Below, one piece after another: positions 39,880-54,694 of a stretch of DNA of 61,188 nucleotides; within the stretch, counting starts at the first letter, position 1; every line of letters starts with the position of its first letter. This DNA is from Octopus sinensis (taxonomy: Eukaryota), in assembly GCF_006345805.1 (NCBI RefSeq), contig NW_021832566.1:1-61188 (forward strand), in the 5' to 3' direction. The notes below the pieces were generated by a model, which did not search any database, was not told the origin of the DNA, and saw only the letters and a list, made by a program, of their open reading frames with translations. Made by a program: the position numbers and the translations under genes.

Positions 39880-42800
39880 TACAAAACCGGGGACGTTTAA
39901 GGTGTAAGAAGGAAAATTCAGAGCTCCGAAATCTATCCACAAACATCGAAAACAAGGACATCCTATGGAGCCAAAGTTTTGCTAACAAAGAATTGGACTG
40001 TATCCGAGTAAGTAATACTAATTGAAATTTATTACTATTTTCGAAACGAAATGATGTATTTTGACTCGATATTATCTCCACCTCTAACGCAACACATGTA
40101 AACATGCGTGGAACATCACGATCATCCCCGACCTCAACACCATGTACAAAGGAACTACGAAGAAATTAATGCCACCGATACTATTCAACCCAAGAATAAC
40201 AATCGAGCGGTACGTACATTAAACCTACAACAAAAAATGTACGAAAAACAACACGTGCGAAATAATGTGACAACAGAAATAAACGGACCGGCACCCTACG
40301 AAAATGACGACCGTCAAAATAATGGGCCGGACGTTGTACCTCACGTCCCGCAAATAAAACCCAAAAGACGTAAATGGACACGTGAGGAATACATTTCTAT
40401 CTTACACGCATACTACACAGCAGTACTCTACCCCAAAAATGAAAATACAACAACACATACATATAAAATATGGAAGGAAAATAATAGAGATATAGACTTG
40501 GATACAGCAATGAACCCTAATAAATTAGCTAACGTACGAAGATACATTCTCAACACAAAAAAATATCAGAAATAGAAATAGAACACGTAAAAGAAAACAT
40601 ACACCAGGAAAATGTAGATAGAAGCCACACAACAATGCCCAATAATATAAACACTGAAACTGTAAAACACGAAGACAAACGCAACATTCCCAACAAACAC
40701 GATGTAAACAACGAAGGGGAGCCTAATGATTATGATAATATAAAAATAAAATAATCTTAGAACTGAAAACCACAGAGCCCAAAATGGACCACCGACCATA
40801 CCTCCCAAGAATAAAAATAACGAAATAACAACACCAATTATAAACAGCATAAACCTAGCCGTCACTGAACTAGCCACTGAAAAAAAAAAGTGATATCACT
40901 GAACTAAATGACTTGATATACGCAGCAGCCACTGCAGCCACAAAAGAAGCTGGATACTCACCCAAACCCGCCCAAACAGGAGTACCACCACCCAAACAAA
41001 CCCTGTGGATAAATAACATCCAAAACAAAATTAAAAAAATTAGAAAAGACCTGTCGATTCTTAATGAGATCAGCAAACAATCAACGCTACTGAGCAACAA
41101 AAAGAGAACAAAAATGCTCCGCAAATATAACATCACAGAAAAAGATTTGCCGGAGATAAAAGAAAAGCTGAAGCAAGATATCCTTGCCAAAGCTCAAAGG
41201 ATCCGCCGGTACGAGAAACGCCAACGCTTCTTTGAACAGAACAAAAAGTTCAACACCAACCCCAAAAAGTTCTACCAAGATCTGGGAAAAAATAAAATAG
41301 AAGTCACTGCAGCACCAACGGCAGAAGAATTGGAAGAATTCTGGAGAGAAATATGGTCGGCGAACGAACAGCCAAAAAAAGGAGTATCAAAATAACAAAC
41401 TCGCATCTGAACAACTTTGGACCCCCATAACAACTGAAGAGCACCCAGGCACTGCAAAAACTAAGCAACTGAAGGCACCTGGGCATGACAAGATCCCCAA
41501 CTTCTGGTTGAAATATCTAACAGGAATGCACAAAAAGCTGGCTGAAAACTTTAACAGCATACTAGCAGAGCCAGAGACAATGCCTGAATGGCTCACGAAG
41601 GGGAAAACCATCTTAATTCCCAAATCAATGAAACAGCAAAACCAGAAAACTACAGACCAATAACCTGCCTCCCTACTATGTTCAAGGCATTTACTGCAGT
41701 GATATCGCAAAGGCTGAACAAGCACCTGGACGAAAACAAACTGTTCCCAGAAGAGCAGAAAGGATGCCGCAAAGGCTCATATGGCTGTAAAGATCAACTA
41801 ATGATTAATAAAGCCGTAACTGAAGACAGCCACAGAAAGAAGAAAGGCCTCAGTATGGCCTGGATTGACTACAAAAAGGCGTTTGATAGCATCCCCCACA
41901 CATGGATCCTTGAAACACTAGCCATTAACAAAGTAGCACCAACAATCATAAAATTCATAGAGCACTCTATGAATAAATGGCAAACAGTCCTACATCTCCA
42001 AACAAAAGAGGACTCATGAAAACCAAAGACATCCCCATCAGAAGAGGAATATTCCAGGGAGACACGCTCTCTCCACTCCTTTTCTGCTTGGCACTGTCAC
42101 CTCTATCTGATATGCTAAATAGAACTGGATGCGGATATAAATGTTACGGCAAAACGATCAACCACCTTTTATATGGATGACCTAAAACTATACGCTGCAA
42201 ATGACAAACAGCTGGAAACACTATTAAAGACAGTTCATGGATTTACCAAAGAAATAGATATGAAATTTGGATTAGAAAAATGCGCCAAAGTAACCATGAA
42301 AAGAGGAAAACTAGTTAAAAGTAACAACATTACACTAGATAAAACCAATGAAATAAAAGAATTAGACCAAAGCCAAACTTACAAATACTTAGGAATCCAT
42401 GAACTAGATAAGACACAACACACACAAATGAAAGAGAAAATAAAAAAAGATATTATAGATAGACGAGTTAGATCAATACTAAAAACAGAGCTCAATGCTA
42501 AAAACAAGATAATAGGTATCAACACTTTAGCTGTCCCAGTTATAAGTTACAGCTACAATATCCTTAACTGGACACGAAATGAACTGTCCAAAATAGATAG
42601 GAAAACAAGAAAATACTAACAGGATCTAGGATGCATCACCCAAAATCTGACATAGAAAGACTATATATACAACGTATAGAAGGTGGTAGAGGCCTTATAC
42701 AGCTGGAAAACTACTATAAAATAACCGCCATAGGACTGCAAAAATACCTACTTCAGAAGAAGGAAACTGATCCAGATAGCAGCAAAACACGAGCAAAACA

Positions 42801-43818
42801 GAAAACTGTTCTCAGTATTTAAGGAAGCTGACAAATACAAACAAGAAATCATACCACCTAATAAACACGAAGAAGAAGAAGAGATGATGAAGAAACAACA
42901 AAAGCTATAAAACAAATGAAATCCAAACTAAAAATAGAACAGCAACGAACCATGATAAAACGATGGCAAGAAAAGCCCCTGGTAAATACTGCACTAAACT
43001 AAACGCAAAAGAAATAGACAAAGAAAGATCCCAGCAATGGTTGAGAAGCTCAGGACTCAAAGCAGAAACAGAGGGATTTTTAATTGCAGCACAAGACCAA
43101 AGCCTCCCCACCAGAAATTACCAAAAACATGTAATGAAAAGAAATATTACAAGTAACTGCAGAATATGTGGAGATGGACAAGAAACAATAAATCATATTA
43201 TCTCTAGCTGCCCAGTCCTGGCTAAGAAGGAATATATTCACAGACATGACAGAGTTGGAACCTACTGTTGGAAGCTATGCCAACATTATGGAATAACAAC
43301 AGAAAAAAGATGGTATAGGCACACACCAGAAAAGGTTACAGAAAACGAGAAAGCAACCATACTCTGGGATATGCCGATACACACAGATAGAGAAATTAAG
43401 GCCAACAGACCAGATATAGTTGTCAGAGATCATGAAGAAAAAAATGCTTTCTAATTGATGCATCAATACCGGCAGATGACAACGTGTCTCTAAAAGAAAT
43501 GGAGAAACTCTCAAAATACAAGACCTGGAAATAGAGGTAACTAGAATGTGGAATCTGAAAACAGAAACAATTCCTATCATAGTAGGTGCATTAGGCATGA
43601 TAAAAAAATATTCAGACAAATACATAACAAAACACCAGGACTTACAAACACATATATCATACAGAAAATTGCACTACTAGGCACTGCACACATCCTACGC
43701 AGAGCACTTTCCATACAATAACCATCAGAGCATCACAACAAATCACAGCACATACCCAAGGCACACAGAGCTACGCTCGGTAGTGAAGTGAAAGCACGCT
43801 ATAAAAATAAAACTACTG
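39880..43818 (+). mobile_element. Near full-length R4/Dong-clade non-LTR retrotransposon; single RT-RLE ORF, frameshifted
   Basis: N-terminal RRKWTREEY block; YRPITCLP; EEQKGCRKGS.GCKDQL; WIDYKKAFDSIPH; GIFQGDTLSPLLF; YMDDLK; YKYLG; CRICG..ETINHIISSC; NRPDIVV. Flanked on both sides by (TAA)n. Confidence 0.95.
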
Positions 43819-43884
43819 AATAATAATAATAATAATAATAACAACAAAAACCATAACAGCAACAACAATAATAATGATAATTTT

Positions 43885-44100
43885 ATTGGGAGCTGCATGT
43901 TAAGTACTGATTACAAAATTGGTAAATCCCAGAAGGAACAATGGAGAATGACAAGATAAAGAAACAACGAGCCGGATATGGTTGTTGCCGTGAATAAAGA
44001 GGGAAAAACCGGTCTGACACCAGATATTTCATGCCTTGGGGATTAGAAAGCATAAGGATGGGATGTAGTGAAATAGATGTGTTAGGATGATTTGAAGTGG
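43885..44100 (+). pseudogene. R4/Dong RLE fragment
   Basis: GAGCCGGATATGGTTGTTG (PDMVV) block, homologous to 45100-45320 and 47490-47640. Confidence 0.65.
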
Positions 44101-44106
44101 GGCAAT

Positions 44107-44184
<78 letters not shown>

Positions 44185-44187
44185 AAT

Positions 44188-44739
44188 AAATGCCCTGATG
44201 CAGCACCAGTTAGTGGCTCTCGTGGCTTCTGATCTTAACTGATTGGAAGTGTTATCATGTACATTGTTTTAAAAGATGGGCTACAGTAAATATTCTGCTC
44301 AATACCACAGATTTATTTATCAGTTGTTTGACCATAACCAGCTGAGCATGTCCCTTAGTGGCTGACGATATGTGCATCTCTGATCATGAGCAGAAGTAGT
44401 GGGGGGAGCATCATAGCTGTATGTCAAGAGAGATTCTTTTGAGGTTTGAATAATTCACCTTTGGAAACATGGGTGTTTCGTTCAACATCCTTAAACAATC
44501 CTTATTCAGGGACCTTTTGAGTGGGATGGGTAACTCGACCAGAAGAAAATTCTAACTAGGCCCCACCTGCAAAGCCATGTGCTGTTCATCTTGATATGAG
44601 ATCACCATGTCGCGCACATATGGTTGTGATGCATATGCCTGGTGTACCCATATCAGATGGGTAGTCATGATGGGTATACTGGGCTTCGTATATTTTACCC
44701 CAGTGTAACTTTGCTGGCATGTACTGCTCTCTCACTCAA
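44188..44739 (+). mobile_element. ~550-bp non-coding element, copy 2 (longest)
   Basis: Flanked by (CAA/TAA)n and (TAC)n. Confidence 0.85.
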
Positions 44740-44807
<68 letters not shown>

Positions 44808-44832
44808 ATAATAATAATATAATAATAATAAC

Positions 44833-44920
44833 AACGTGAACTTCCAACCTGTTGTCTCTTGAGGTCTCTGGGTGAGACTTGGAGCCAACTTGTACAGACA
44901 TAAAGCAAAAGTCAAACATA

Positions 44921-44922
<2 letters not shown>
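44833..44922 (+). mobile_element. ~90-bp R4/Dong-type 3' end (second copy at ~48545-48636)
   Basis: GAACTTCCAACC...AGCAAAAGTCAAACATAG + (AAT)n occurs twice. Confidence 0.7.
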
Positions 44923-44956
<34 letters not shown>

Positions 44957-45096
44957 CAACAGTAACAGTAATAATAATGATAGTAACAATAATAATAATA
45001 ATGATAATAATTAGAATAATAATAATAATAATAATAATAACAACGACAACCACAACGAAAACAATAACAAAAGCAATAACAACAACAACAATAAAT

Positions 45097-45602
45097 ATGG
45101 ATCGAAGATGTGTTACGGGTAAATCTGAGAAGGAGCAATGGTGAATGACAAGAAACAATGAGGCAGTATGATCGTGAAATTGAATATCGAAAGCCGGATA
45201 TGGTTGTTGCTGTGGATAAAGAGGGAAAAGCCGGTTTGACATCAGATATTTCATGCCCCGATGATTGCAAAGTATAGGAAAGAGATGTAGTGAAATAGAT
45301 GTGTTATGATGATTTGAAGCGGGAGATAAAAAGACAGAGGCCATTCAGGGAGATGGGTGTTATACCTGTTGCTGTTGGGGCCCAGGATATGATAAGTACC
45401 AGGATCACAAACTGGTCTCAAAAGATAGAGGTAAATGTAAAGATGGAGCACCTTCAGTAGACAGTGTTTTATGGAAAAAAAACACGGAGCATCCGCAGGG
45501 TTCTCGAAATCTGAACGGAAAAGTGTATTTCGTTGGTCCTCTGGTTTTGGACATCTGGCACTTTGTTACATTTCTCACCGAAGCTTCTGTAGTGTCGCCT
45601 TA
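45097..45602 (+). pseudogene. 5'-truncated R4/Dong element (RLE to stop codon and 3' UTR)
   Basis: EYRKPDMVV and C-terminal IRRVLEI*. Confidence 0.7.
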
Positions 45603-45649
45603 GCACCACCACCACCACTACCAACAACACCAACAATAATAATGAAAAC

Positions 45650-46535
45650 AAGAAAGCATCATACTCAGTAACAAAACAGGAAAAGTAATATCTAAGTGAA
45701 TTCCAAATACAACAAATTCCAGAATTAGACGTACTGGAAACAAGCACAGAAAAAGCTAATCGTATGAAAACCCGTGCAAAAACTGCTGCCTTAGATATTC
45801 TGATTGATAATGGCAAGAAGACCATCTCAATGGCAAATACCCAAAGAGAGGTAACAGTGCCGATATTAACAAAGCCCTTACCCATCAATGGCTAGTATCT
45901 TCTGGCTTAAAATAAGGAACAGAAAGGTTTATCATAGTAGCCCAAAATCAATGCCTACATGCATGGAGCTACCAGACCAACATATTAAAGAACGGCAGTA
46001 ACCCAACATGTCGTGATGTCAACAACAAAATGAAACCATTATTCATACTGTCACCATGTGCAGTCTTCTTGCGCCTACAAAGTATCTCAATAGGCATGAT
46101 AGAGCAACACAATATATTCACTGGGTAATTTGCAAAAAAGCTGGACCTGCCCAATTGTAAAAAAAAAACTGGTGGGAATACAAACCACCTCCAGTGCTTG
46201 AAAATGATCACATCTCACTCCTCTGGAACTTCACCATTCAAATTGACAAAAAGATAGATGCGAATAGGCCAGACATTATATTGAAAGACTTCAGACAAAA
46301 ATCATTCCATCTCATTGATATGACTGTCCCAATTGACATAAATGCATCTGTCAAGACCTACCAAAAACTGAGCAAATATAAAGACCTTGAAATAGAAATT
46401 GGCAAAATGTGGAACCTCAAGACTAAAACAATACCTGTTGTCATAGGTGCCCTAGGAATGATAGCAAAAGGGATTGATTCCTACCTAGCTCAGATACCAG
46501 GAAACCCCAAAATGGCAGAAATTCAAAAGATAGTG
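45650..46535 (+). pseudogene. R4/Dong C-terminal region (third lineage)
   Basis: THQWL..SGLK, LLWNFTIQIDKKIDANRPDII, LIDMTVP and KTIPVVIGALGMI motifs. Confidence 0.85.
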
Positions 46536-46680
46536 CTCGGCGGAATTTGAACTCAGAGTATAAAGACGGACGATATAGCAGTCAAGCATTTCGCACGGCA
46601 TGCTCGCCGCTTTAATAAGAACAACAGCAACGACAATAACAAAAATAATAATGATGATGATGATGATGATAATAATACTG

Positions 46681-46727
<47 letters not shown>

Positions 46728-46795
46728 TAATAATAATAATATAATAATATAATAATGATAATAACAATAATAATAATAATAATATAATAATAATA

Positions 46796-46825
<30 letters not shown>

Positions 46826-46826
<1 letters not shown>

Positions 46827-47267
46827 GCTCAATACCACTGATTTGCTTGTCAGTTGTTTGACCATAACCAGTTGAGCATGTCCCTTAGTGGCTGACGATA
46901 TGTGCATCTCTGATCACGAGCAGAAGTAGTGGGGGAGCATCATAGCCATGTGTTGAGAAGGATTCTTTGGGGTTTGAATAATTCACCTCTGGAAACATGG
47001 GTGTTTTGTTCAACTTCCTTAAACAACCCTTATTCAGGGACCTTTTGAGCGGGATGGGTTACTCGATCTGAAGAAAATTTTAACTGGGCTCCACCTGCAA
47101 GGTCATGTGCTGTTTATCTTGATATGAGATCACCATGTCGCGCACATATGGTTGTGATGCATGTGCCTGGTGTACCCTTATCAGACGGGTAGTCATGATG
47201 GGTATACTGGGCTTCGTATATTTTACCCCAGTGTCACTTTGATGGCATGCTCTGCTCGCTCACTCAA
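46826..47267 (+). mobile_element. ~550-bp non-coding element, copy 3 (5'-truncated)
   Basis: Starts internally at GCTCAATACC and has the same 3' end as the other copies. Confidence 0.85.
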
Positions 47268-47286
47268 TAATAATAATAATATAATG

Positions 47287-47405
<119 letters not shown>

Positions 47406-47469
47406 AAGAAGAAGAATGTCAATAACACCACCACCAACAACAATAACAATGTTAATGATAATTCCAGTG

Positions 47470-47880
47470 GGAGGTGCATGGTAAGTACTCCTCTGATTTA
47501 CGGGTAAATCTGAGACGGAGTAATGGAGAATGACAAGATAAAGAAACAACGACGCAATATAATCGTGAAACTGAATATTGAAAGCCGGATATGGTTGTTG
47601 CTGTGAATAAAGCCGGTTTGACATCAGATATTTCATGCCCCGATTAATGATAACAGACAAGGAAAAGCAAAGTTGCCTACTTAATTGAAAGATGATGTCC
47701 GTTTACTTCCAGGATTGTAAAGAAAGAGGGCAAAGAAAAAACAAAAACAAAAAAACAATACCTTAAAATTTGAAATTGCCGAAATTTGGAATATGAAAAT
47801 CATAAAGGTTGTGCGTATAATAATTGGTGCATTGGAAACCATAAGCGAAGATAGAAAAGGTTGAAGGAAATTGGAATAGA
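47470..47880 (+). pseudogene. R4/Dong RLE fragment
   Basis: KPDMVV and IIIGALETI-like motifs. Confidence 0.65.
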
Positions 47881-47904
47881 ATGCTCTGTAGAGTGTTTCA
47901 CTGG

Positions 47905-48035
47905 TGCTTAATCTGTCGACGCTGAAAGGATGGAAGGCAAAGTCGACTGGAATTTGAACTCAGGACATTAGGATGGAGGAATGCCACTTAACCATTTCGC
48001 CCGGCATACTAACAGGTCTGCCAGCCCGCCGCCTT
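47905..48035 (-). mobile_element. Degenerate Nin-domain-like SINE
   Basis: GAAAGGATGGAAGGCAAAGTCGAC...GGAATTTGAACTCAG. A further head lies at ~46536-46612. Confidence 0.7.
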
Positions 48036-48162
48036 AAAAGTAGCTGTCAGGATGGCCGACCGGTCTGAGGCGCTAGACTCACGGAACAATACCTTAACAA
48101 TGATGATGACGACCATGATGATGATGATAATATGAATAATAATAATGTTGATGATGATGATG

Positions 48163-48252
<90 letters not shown>

Positions 48253-48266
48253 TTGATGATGATAAC

Positions 48267-48315
<49 letters not shown>

Positions 48316-48349
48316 GAACTACTGAATAATAATTATGATAATAATAATG

Positions 48350-48415
<66 letters not shown>

Positions 48416-48634
48416 TCTATGTAATCTCAAGGTTTAAAACAAACATAATTTTCGGTTTAAAAAAAAAAAAAAAATTTTTTTTTTTTAGACATTCATTAGT
48501 ACAACACCCCACCCCCCAAATATATGGCACACTAGGCATAACAACAACATGAACTTCCAACCCTGTTGTCTCTTGAGGTGTCTGGGTGAGACTTGGAGCC
48601 AACTTGTACAAATATAAAGCAAAAGTCAAACATA

Positions 48635-48705
<71 letters not shown>

Positions 48706-48802
48706 TCTTCAGTAAAGATATAGGCATGGAATTTGTCATAGATATGTGTGGAATATTAGTAATGATCAACAAAGTTACGAGCTCTCTCTCCTGCTCGTCA
48801 AT

Positions 48803-49370
48803 CTACAGGCGCATATTTAGCGTTGGGCCATTCACTCTAACTACTTTTGCCATAATCACCCATCGTTTCCCAAAATTCACTGGGATGTAGCTCTTCTCTC
48901 TCTCCCTCCTGACTTTTCTTTCCAAGGGGAATTTAGAAAAGTCGATGAGAGCTTGAACGAAGAGGAAGATGTCTTTTCTCTATCTTGTCTGCCTCGTCAA
49001 CTACACAACCTCTTTCACCGTAACCACTGGACTGAAGAACACTGCCTGTCTTGCCTTGTTAAGGGTGGGCGATGGGGCGATCCCCACACGATAACAGCTG
49101 TTCAACAAAGCTCCGCACTTGGACAATGCCCCAGGGCACGCAGAACGGTTTCGTAACGCTGCTTGCATCTCGGAGTGTCTCGTCTGACAGCACTTCCACG
49201 TTTGTAGAGTGTATCATGAATTGGCGATGCTTCTTGGAGGTAGGGCCAGGCCAGGAATTTCTGGAACTTATCCATGGTATTACTGGGGTCCAAATGTCCT
49301 CCGAAATAGACCAGCTAAGTTCATCCGCGAAGGCGCTTAGAGTCCATCAAGAACCTCATCGCTCTTACCC
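48803..49370 (-). pseudogene. Tx1/L1-like ORF2 C-terminal (zf-RVT-like) remnant
   Basis: FQKFLAW..Y...PIHDTLYKRGSAV..PRCK..YETVLRALGHCP, followed by FVEQLL and a terminal ...VNGPTLNMRL* across frameshifts. Confidence 0.65.
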
Positions 49371-49439
49371 ACCGCTACATTTCTTTATATTGCTGCTTAT
49401 GATACTGATGTATACTTTCTCGCAAATATAGACACATCT

Positions 49440-50060
49440 ACAGGTGCGCGTACAGACATACATGCACACACACACACACACACGTGCGCTCACACGCACA
49501 CATACACAGACGCACACACGTACACACACATGCACACACACGCACACATATACACACACATGCACACACACGCACACAGACACACACACAAACACACGCA
49601 CACAGACACACACACAAACACACGCACACACACAAACAGACACGTACACACACAAACACACGCACACACACAAACAGACACGTACACACACATGCACACA
49701 CATGCATACACGCACACATGCACACACATGCATACACGCACACATGCACACACACGCATAAACACACGCACACACGCACATACACACACGTACACACTTA
49801 CACACACACAAACACACGCACACACACGTGCACATACACACTCACACACACACGCACGCGCAAACATACGCACACTCACAGACACACACATGCACACACA
49901 CGCACACATATACACACACATGCACACACATGCATACACGCACACATGCACACACATGCATACACGCACACATGCACACACACGCACACAGACACACACA
50001 CAAACAGACATGTACACACACACACACATACACACACACACACACATGTACACACATGCC
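49440..50060. repeat. (CA)n-based complex repeat
   Basis: Direct inspection. Confidence 0.95.
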
Positions 50061-50263
50061 AGTCACAGTTTCCGCCTGCCAACTACCACTCTCACGGGAC
50101 TGATCAACCTGAAGCTACGCTAGACAGCGGGATCGATCCTAGATCCCAGCAGTTGCCAAACCAACTTTCTAACCGCACAGTCATACATGAACTGTTGTCG
50201 CTCCCTCAGATGTCGCTACTGCTGCCGTTGTTGATGTTCGTATTAGGATATATTTACTATGTG

Positions 50264-50651
50264 CGTGGAGGCGCAATGGCCCAGTTGTTAGGGCAGTGGA
50301 CTCGCGGTCATAGGATCGCGGTTTCGATTCCCAGACCGGGCGTTGTGAGTGTTTATTGAGCGAAAACACCTAAAGCTCCACGAGGCTCCGGCAGGGGATG
50401 GTGGTGATCCCTGCTGTACTCTTTCACCACAACTTTCTCTCAATCTTACTTCCTGTTTCTGTTGTACCTGTATTTTCAAAGGGCCGGCCTTGTCACTCTC
50501 TGTGTCACGCTGAATATCCCCGAGAACTACGTTAAGGGTACACGTGTCTGTGGAGTGCTCAGCCACTTACACGTTAATTTCACGAGCAGGCTGTTCCGTT
50601 GATTCGGATCAACCGGAACCCTCGTCGTCGTAACCGACGGAGTGCTTCCCC
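50264..50651 (+). mobile_element. Full-length tRNA-derived SINE (head X, tail A)
   Basis: 14-bp TSD ATATTTACTATGTG at 50250-50263 and 50652-50665. Confidence 0.92.
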
Positions 50652-50839
50652 ATATTTACTATGTGGCCTTCCATCGTCGTCAAGATTATATTTAGATGAT
50701 TATATATTTTTTGTTTGTTTCGGTAATTTAAAGTTTATTTTGGTAAAAATTGGTGCTGAGGAAACAAATAGAATTATCTCTCGATTGAAAGACAATTGTG
50801 TCTCCTTAATCTATATCTCAAAGATTAACAAGAGTGTGT

Positions 50840-52370
50840 GTGTAAGTACGTGTGCATAAGTGTGTATAAGTGTGCATATAGATATGTATGTGTGTATGTG
50901 GATATGCATGTATGTATGTGTGTGACTGTGTGTTAGTGTATATGTGTGTATATATGTATATATGTGTATAGGTGTATATGTGTGTGTATAGGTGTATATA
51001 TGTACGTATGTGTATTGGTATATATGTGTGTGGTATATAGGTGTATATATGTATATATGTGTATAGGTGTATATGTGTGTGGTATATAGGTGTATATATG
51101 TACATATGTGTATAGGTGTATATGTGTGTGTATAGGTGTATATATGTACATATGTGTATAGGTGTATATGTGTGTGTATAGGTGTATATATGTATATATG
51201 TGTATAGGTGTATATGTGTGTATAGGTGTATATATGTATATATGTGTATAGGTGTATATGTGTGTGTATAGGTGTATATGTGTGTGTATAGGTGTATATA
51301 TGTACATATGTGTAAAGGTGTATATGTGTGTGTATAGGTGTATATGTGTGTATAGGTATATATATATGTTCATATGTGTATAGGTGTATATGTGCGTATA
51401 GGTGTGTGTGTATGACATCTGTATGTATACGTGTGTATATGTGTGAATGTGTATGTGTGTATGTATATGGATATATGTGTGTATGCGTCTGTATGCGTAC
51501 ATATGCTTATATGTGTGTGCATATGTACGTATCTGTGTGTGTGCGTGTGTGGATATTTGAGCAAATATGTGTGTATATGTATGTTGATGTGTGTGCATGT
51601 GTATTTGTATGTGGATATGTATGTAGAAAAGCGTTAATGTGTGTGTGTGTGTGTGTGTATGTGTGTATCCCTGTATGTCAGTGTATGCGTGTATGCGTGA
51701 GTATGTATCTGTGCGTGAGTGCGTGTGTGTGTGATAGAGAAAGAGAGTGAAAGAGGAATTATATAGCTCTTTGCGTTGCGGTTTGACTATGTATGTGTGT
51801 GTGTCCGTGTGTGTGCATATATGTGTGTGTGTGTCCGTGTGTGTGCATATGTGTGTGTGTATCCGTGTGTGTGCATATATGTGTGTGTATGTATGTGTGT
51901 ATGAGTGTGCATGAGTGTGTTTTTGTTTGTGTGTGTGTTCATGTGTGTGTGTATGTATATGTATGTGTGGATGTGTGTGCTCGTGCATGAGCAGGTTTGT
52001 GTGTGTGCGTGTGCAATTATATGTTTGTCTGTGTGCGTGTGCAATTATATGTTTGTGTGTGTGCGTGTGTGTGCATGAATGTGTGGATGTGTGTTTGCAT
52101 GTGTGTGTATGTGTTCTTGTATCTGTGTGTGTGCATGTATGTGGGGATGTGTTTGCTTGCGTGTGTGTGTGTGTCTGTGTTCTTGTGTGTGCGTGCATGC
52201 ATGTGAGTGTGCATGTATGTTTGCATGCGTGTGCATGTAAGTGTGCATGTACGTATGAGATGGGTGTGCATGTATGTTTGTGTGTGTGTATGTGTGTTCA
52301 TGTATGTGTGTATGTGTGCATGTGTGTGTGTGTGAGTGTGTGTGCGCGCGTACGTAGTATGTATATATGT
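50840..52370. repeat. (TG/TA)n complex repeat, including ~20-24 bp TAGGTGTATAT... minisatellite units at ~50960-51400
   Basis: Direct inspection. Confidence 0.9.
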
Positions 52371-52699
52371 TAGTCTACATATCTAAGCTTGTGAAAAAGC
52401 GAATCCTTGTAGTTTCTGCTGCACGTTTTGTTGTTGTTGCTGTTGTTGTTGTTTCTTGTAGTTTTTGCCGTTGGTGTTATTCTTCTTGTTTGTGCTATTG
52501 CTGCTGCTGTTGTTGTTGTTGTTGTTGTTGTTATCTGTATATCTTCCATACTTATTTCTGCATTCTCAGCATTTCGGTGTGAACAGCAATCACGTGACTG
52601 CACCAGAAGCCAGCCAACATTATTTCCAGATTTCCCCCAAGAGTCTCAACATATCTGATTTACCTCTTACTGTTTACTCTTCCCCGCGCCCCCCACCGC

Positions 52700-53055
52700 A
52701 TTACCACCACCACCACCACCACCACCACCATCATCATCATCATTACCACCATCATCATCATCATTATCATTATCATCAGCAGCAGCAGCAGCATCAGTGT
52801 CATAGTCGTCCTCGTCGTCATGATCATCCTCATCATCATCACCGTCGTCATAGTTGTCGTCATTATCGTCATCTTCATCATAATAATAATAATCATCATC
52901 GTCATCTTTATCAACATCATCAGCATCATCATCATCATCGTCATCATCGTCATTATAATCAGCAGCAGCATCACCGTTATCATTATCACCATCATCATCA
53001 TCGACATCATCATCATTGTCGTCATCGTCGTTGTCATTATCGTCGTCCTCATCCC

Positions 53056-53104
<49 letters not shown>

Positions 53105-53138
53105 GTCATCGTCATCATTATCATCATCATCGTCATCG

Positions 53139-53174
<36 letters not shown>

Positions 53175-53520
53175 CCATCATCATCATCGTCGTCGTCGTC
53201 GTCGTCGTCAGCATCATCGGCATCGCGGTCACTTCTGTCGTCTTCGTCGCCATCATCGCCGTCATCTCCATCACCGTCAACGTCGCCACCACTACGATCT
53301 CCGCCGTCGTCATCACCATGAGGATCACCATTTCTAGCAGTAGCAGCAGCAGCAGCAACAGCAGCAACAGCAGCACGACCACCACCACCACCACCACAAA
53401 TACAACCACAAACACAACTGCCACCACAACAACAACCACCGATATAAACCCAGACACCACCACCGCCGCCACCAGCACCAGCACCAGTACCACCACCGCT
53501 ACAATTATCATCATCATCAC
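52700..53520. repeat. (CAT/CAC)n low-complexity tract
   Basis: Direct inspection. Confidence 0.95.
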
Positions 53521-53936
53521 CATCCTCATGAGTTTCGTGGTTCGATTCCTTCTGGCAAGAGATTCATTCACACCTCTCTCACTCACATCCACATCACACC
53601 CCTATAACACACATATTTTCACAACTGCACCTACATATACACATACCTACCCGAAAGTAAACAGAACTCTCACACGCACACGCTCTCCTTCTCACTCTCC
53701 TACTTCCTCTCTCCCTTTCTTACTCTCTCTTACACACATACACACACACGCACACACACACACATACGCTCACCTGAATTTCCAACTAATCACAAATTCA
53801 TACACAACGCACACACACACCGAAGTACATAAACATATCAAACACACTTATGTGTAGATATATACATACATGCACATGTATACACGCTGTCATTTGCCTA
53901 ACCATTCACAGATGAATTTTCACACAACCATCCACA

Positions 53937-53982
<46 letters not shown>

Positions 53983-53985
<3 letters not shown>

Positions 53986-54267
53986 GTACACACATGCGCG
54001 CACACACACACACACACACATATATAGACACGCACGCAAACACACGTAAACATGTACGCATACACACACGTATACATGCACGCGTGTATACATAACACAC
54101 ATTAATGTTTAATTGAGGATAACATTTTAAAGCAAGTTTGAGAATAAGAAAGGAACTTTTAATGATGCGTTGGACGGGGAGAATTATTACAGAGAGTAAA
54201 TTCAAATTTATTTTGATATGGAGGCTAACAATACATACACACACACCACACACACACACACACATAC

Positions 54268-54298
<31 letters not shown>

Positions 54299-54656
54299 AA
54301 CACACACATTCATAAATATAGGTGTATACACAAGACATTAAAAATACGAATGAAGAATTGTAGTGTCAGAAGCTTGTTTATTTAAAGTAATACTCTTTTA
54401 CTCTTTTACTTGTTTCAGTCATTTGACTGCGGCCATGCTGGAGCACCGCCTTTAGTCGAGCAAATCGAACCCAGGACTTCTTATTCTTTGTAAGCCTATT
54501 ACTTATTCTATCGATCTCTTTTCTCGAACCGCTAAGTTACGGGGACGTAAACACACCAGCATCGGTTGGCAAGCGATGTTGGGGGGACAAACACAGACAC
54601 ACAAACATATACACACACATACATACATTCACACACACACACACACATACACATAC

Positions 54657-54694
<38 letters not shown>

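Noticed and set aside
39880-40000. HDV-like ribozyme at the 5' end of the R4/Dong element, by analogy with R2
   Set aside because: I could not trace a nested double pseudoknot by eye. It needs a covariance-model search.
50264-50340. tRNA genes at SINE heads (also 1560-1630, 2535, 19034, 23031, 24303, 57211)
   Set aside because: Each tRNA-like head runs straight into a SINE body and lacks a proper acceptor stem and terminator.
50933-52198. 421-aa HT-repeat ORF and similar ORFs at 14483, 25734 and 49484
   Set aside because: They are translations of dinucleotide and tetranucleotide repeats.
52465-53857. Long His-rich, Met-rich and Ile-rich ORFs (290-345 aa)
   Set aside because: These are stop-free translations of (CAT)n in several frames and on both strands, with no splice or complexity support.
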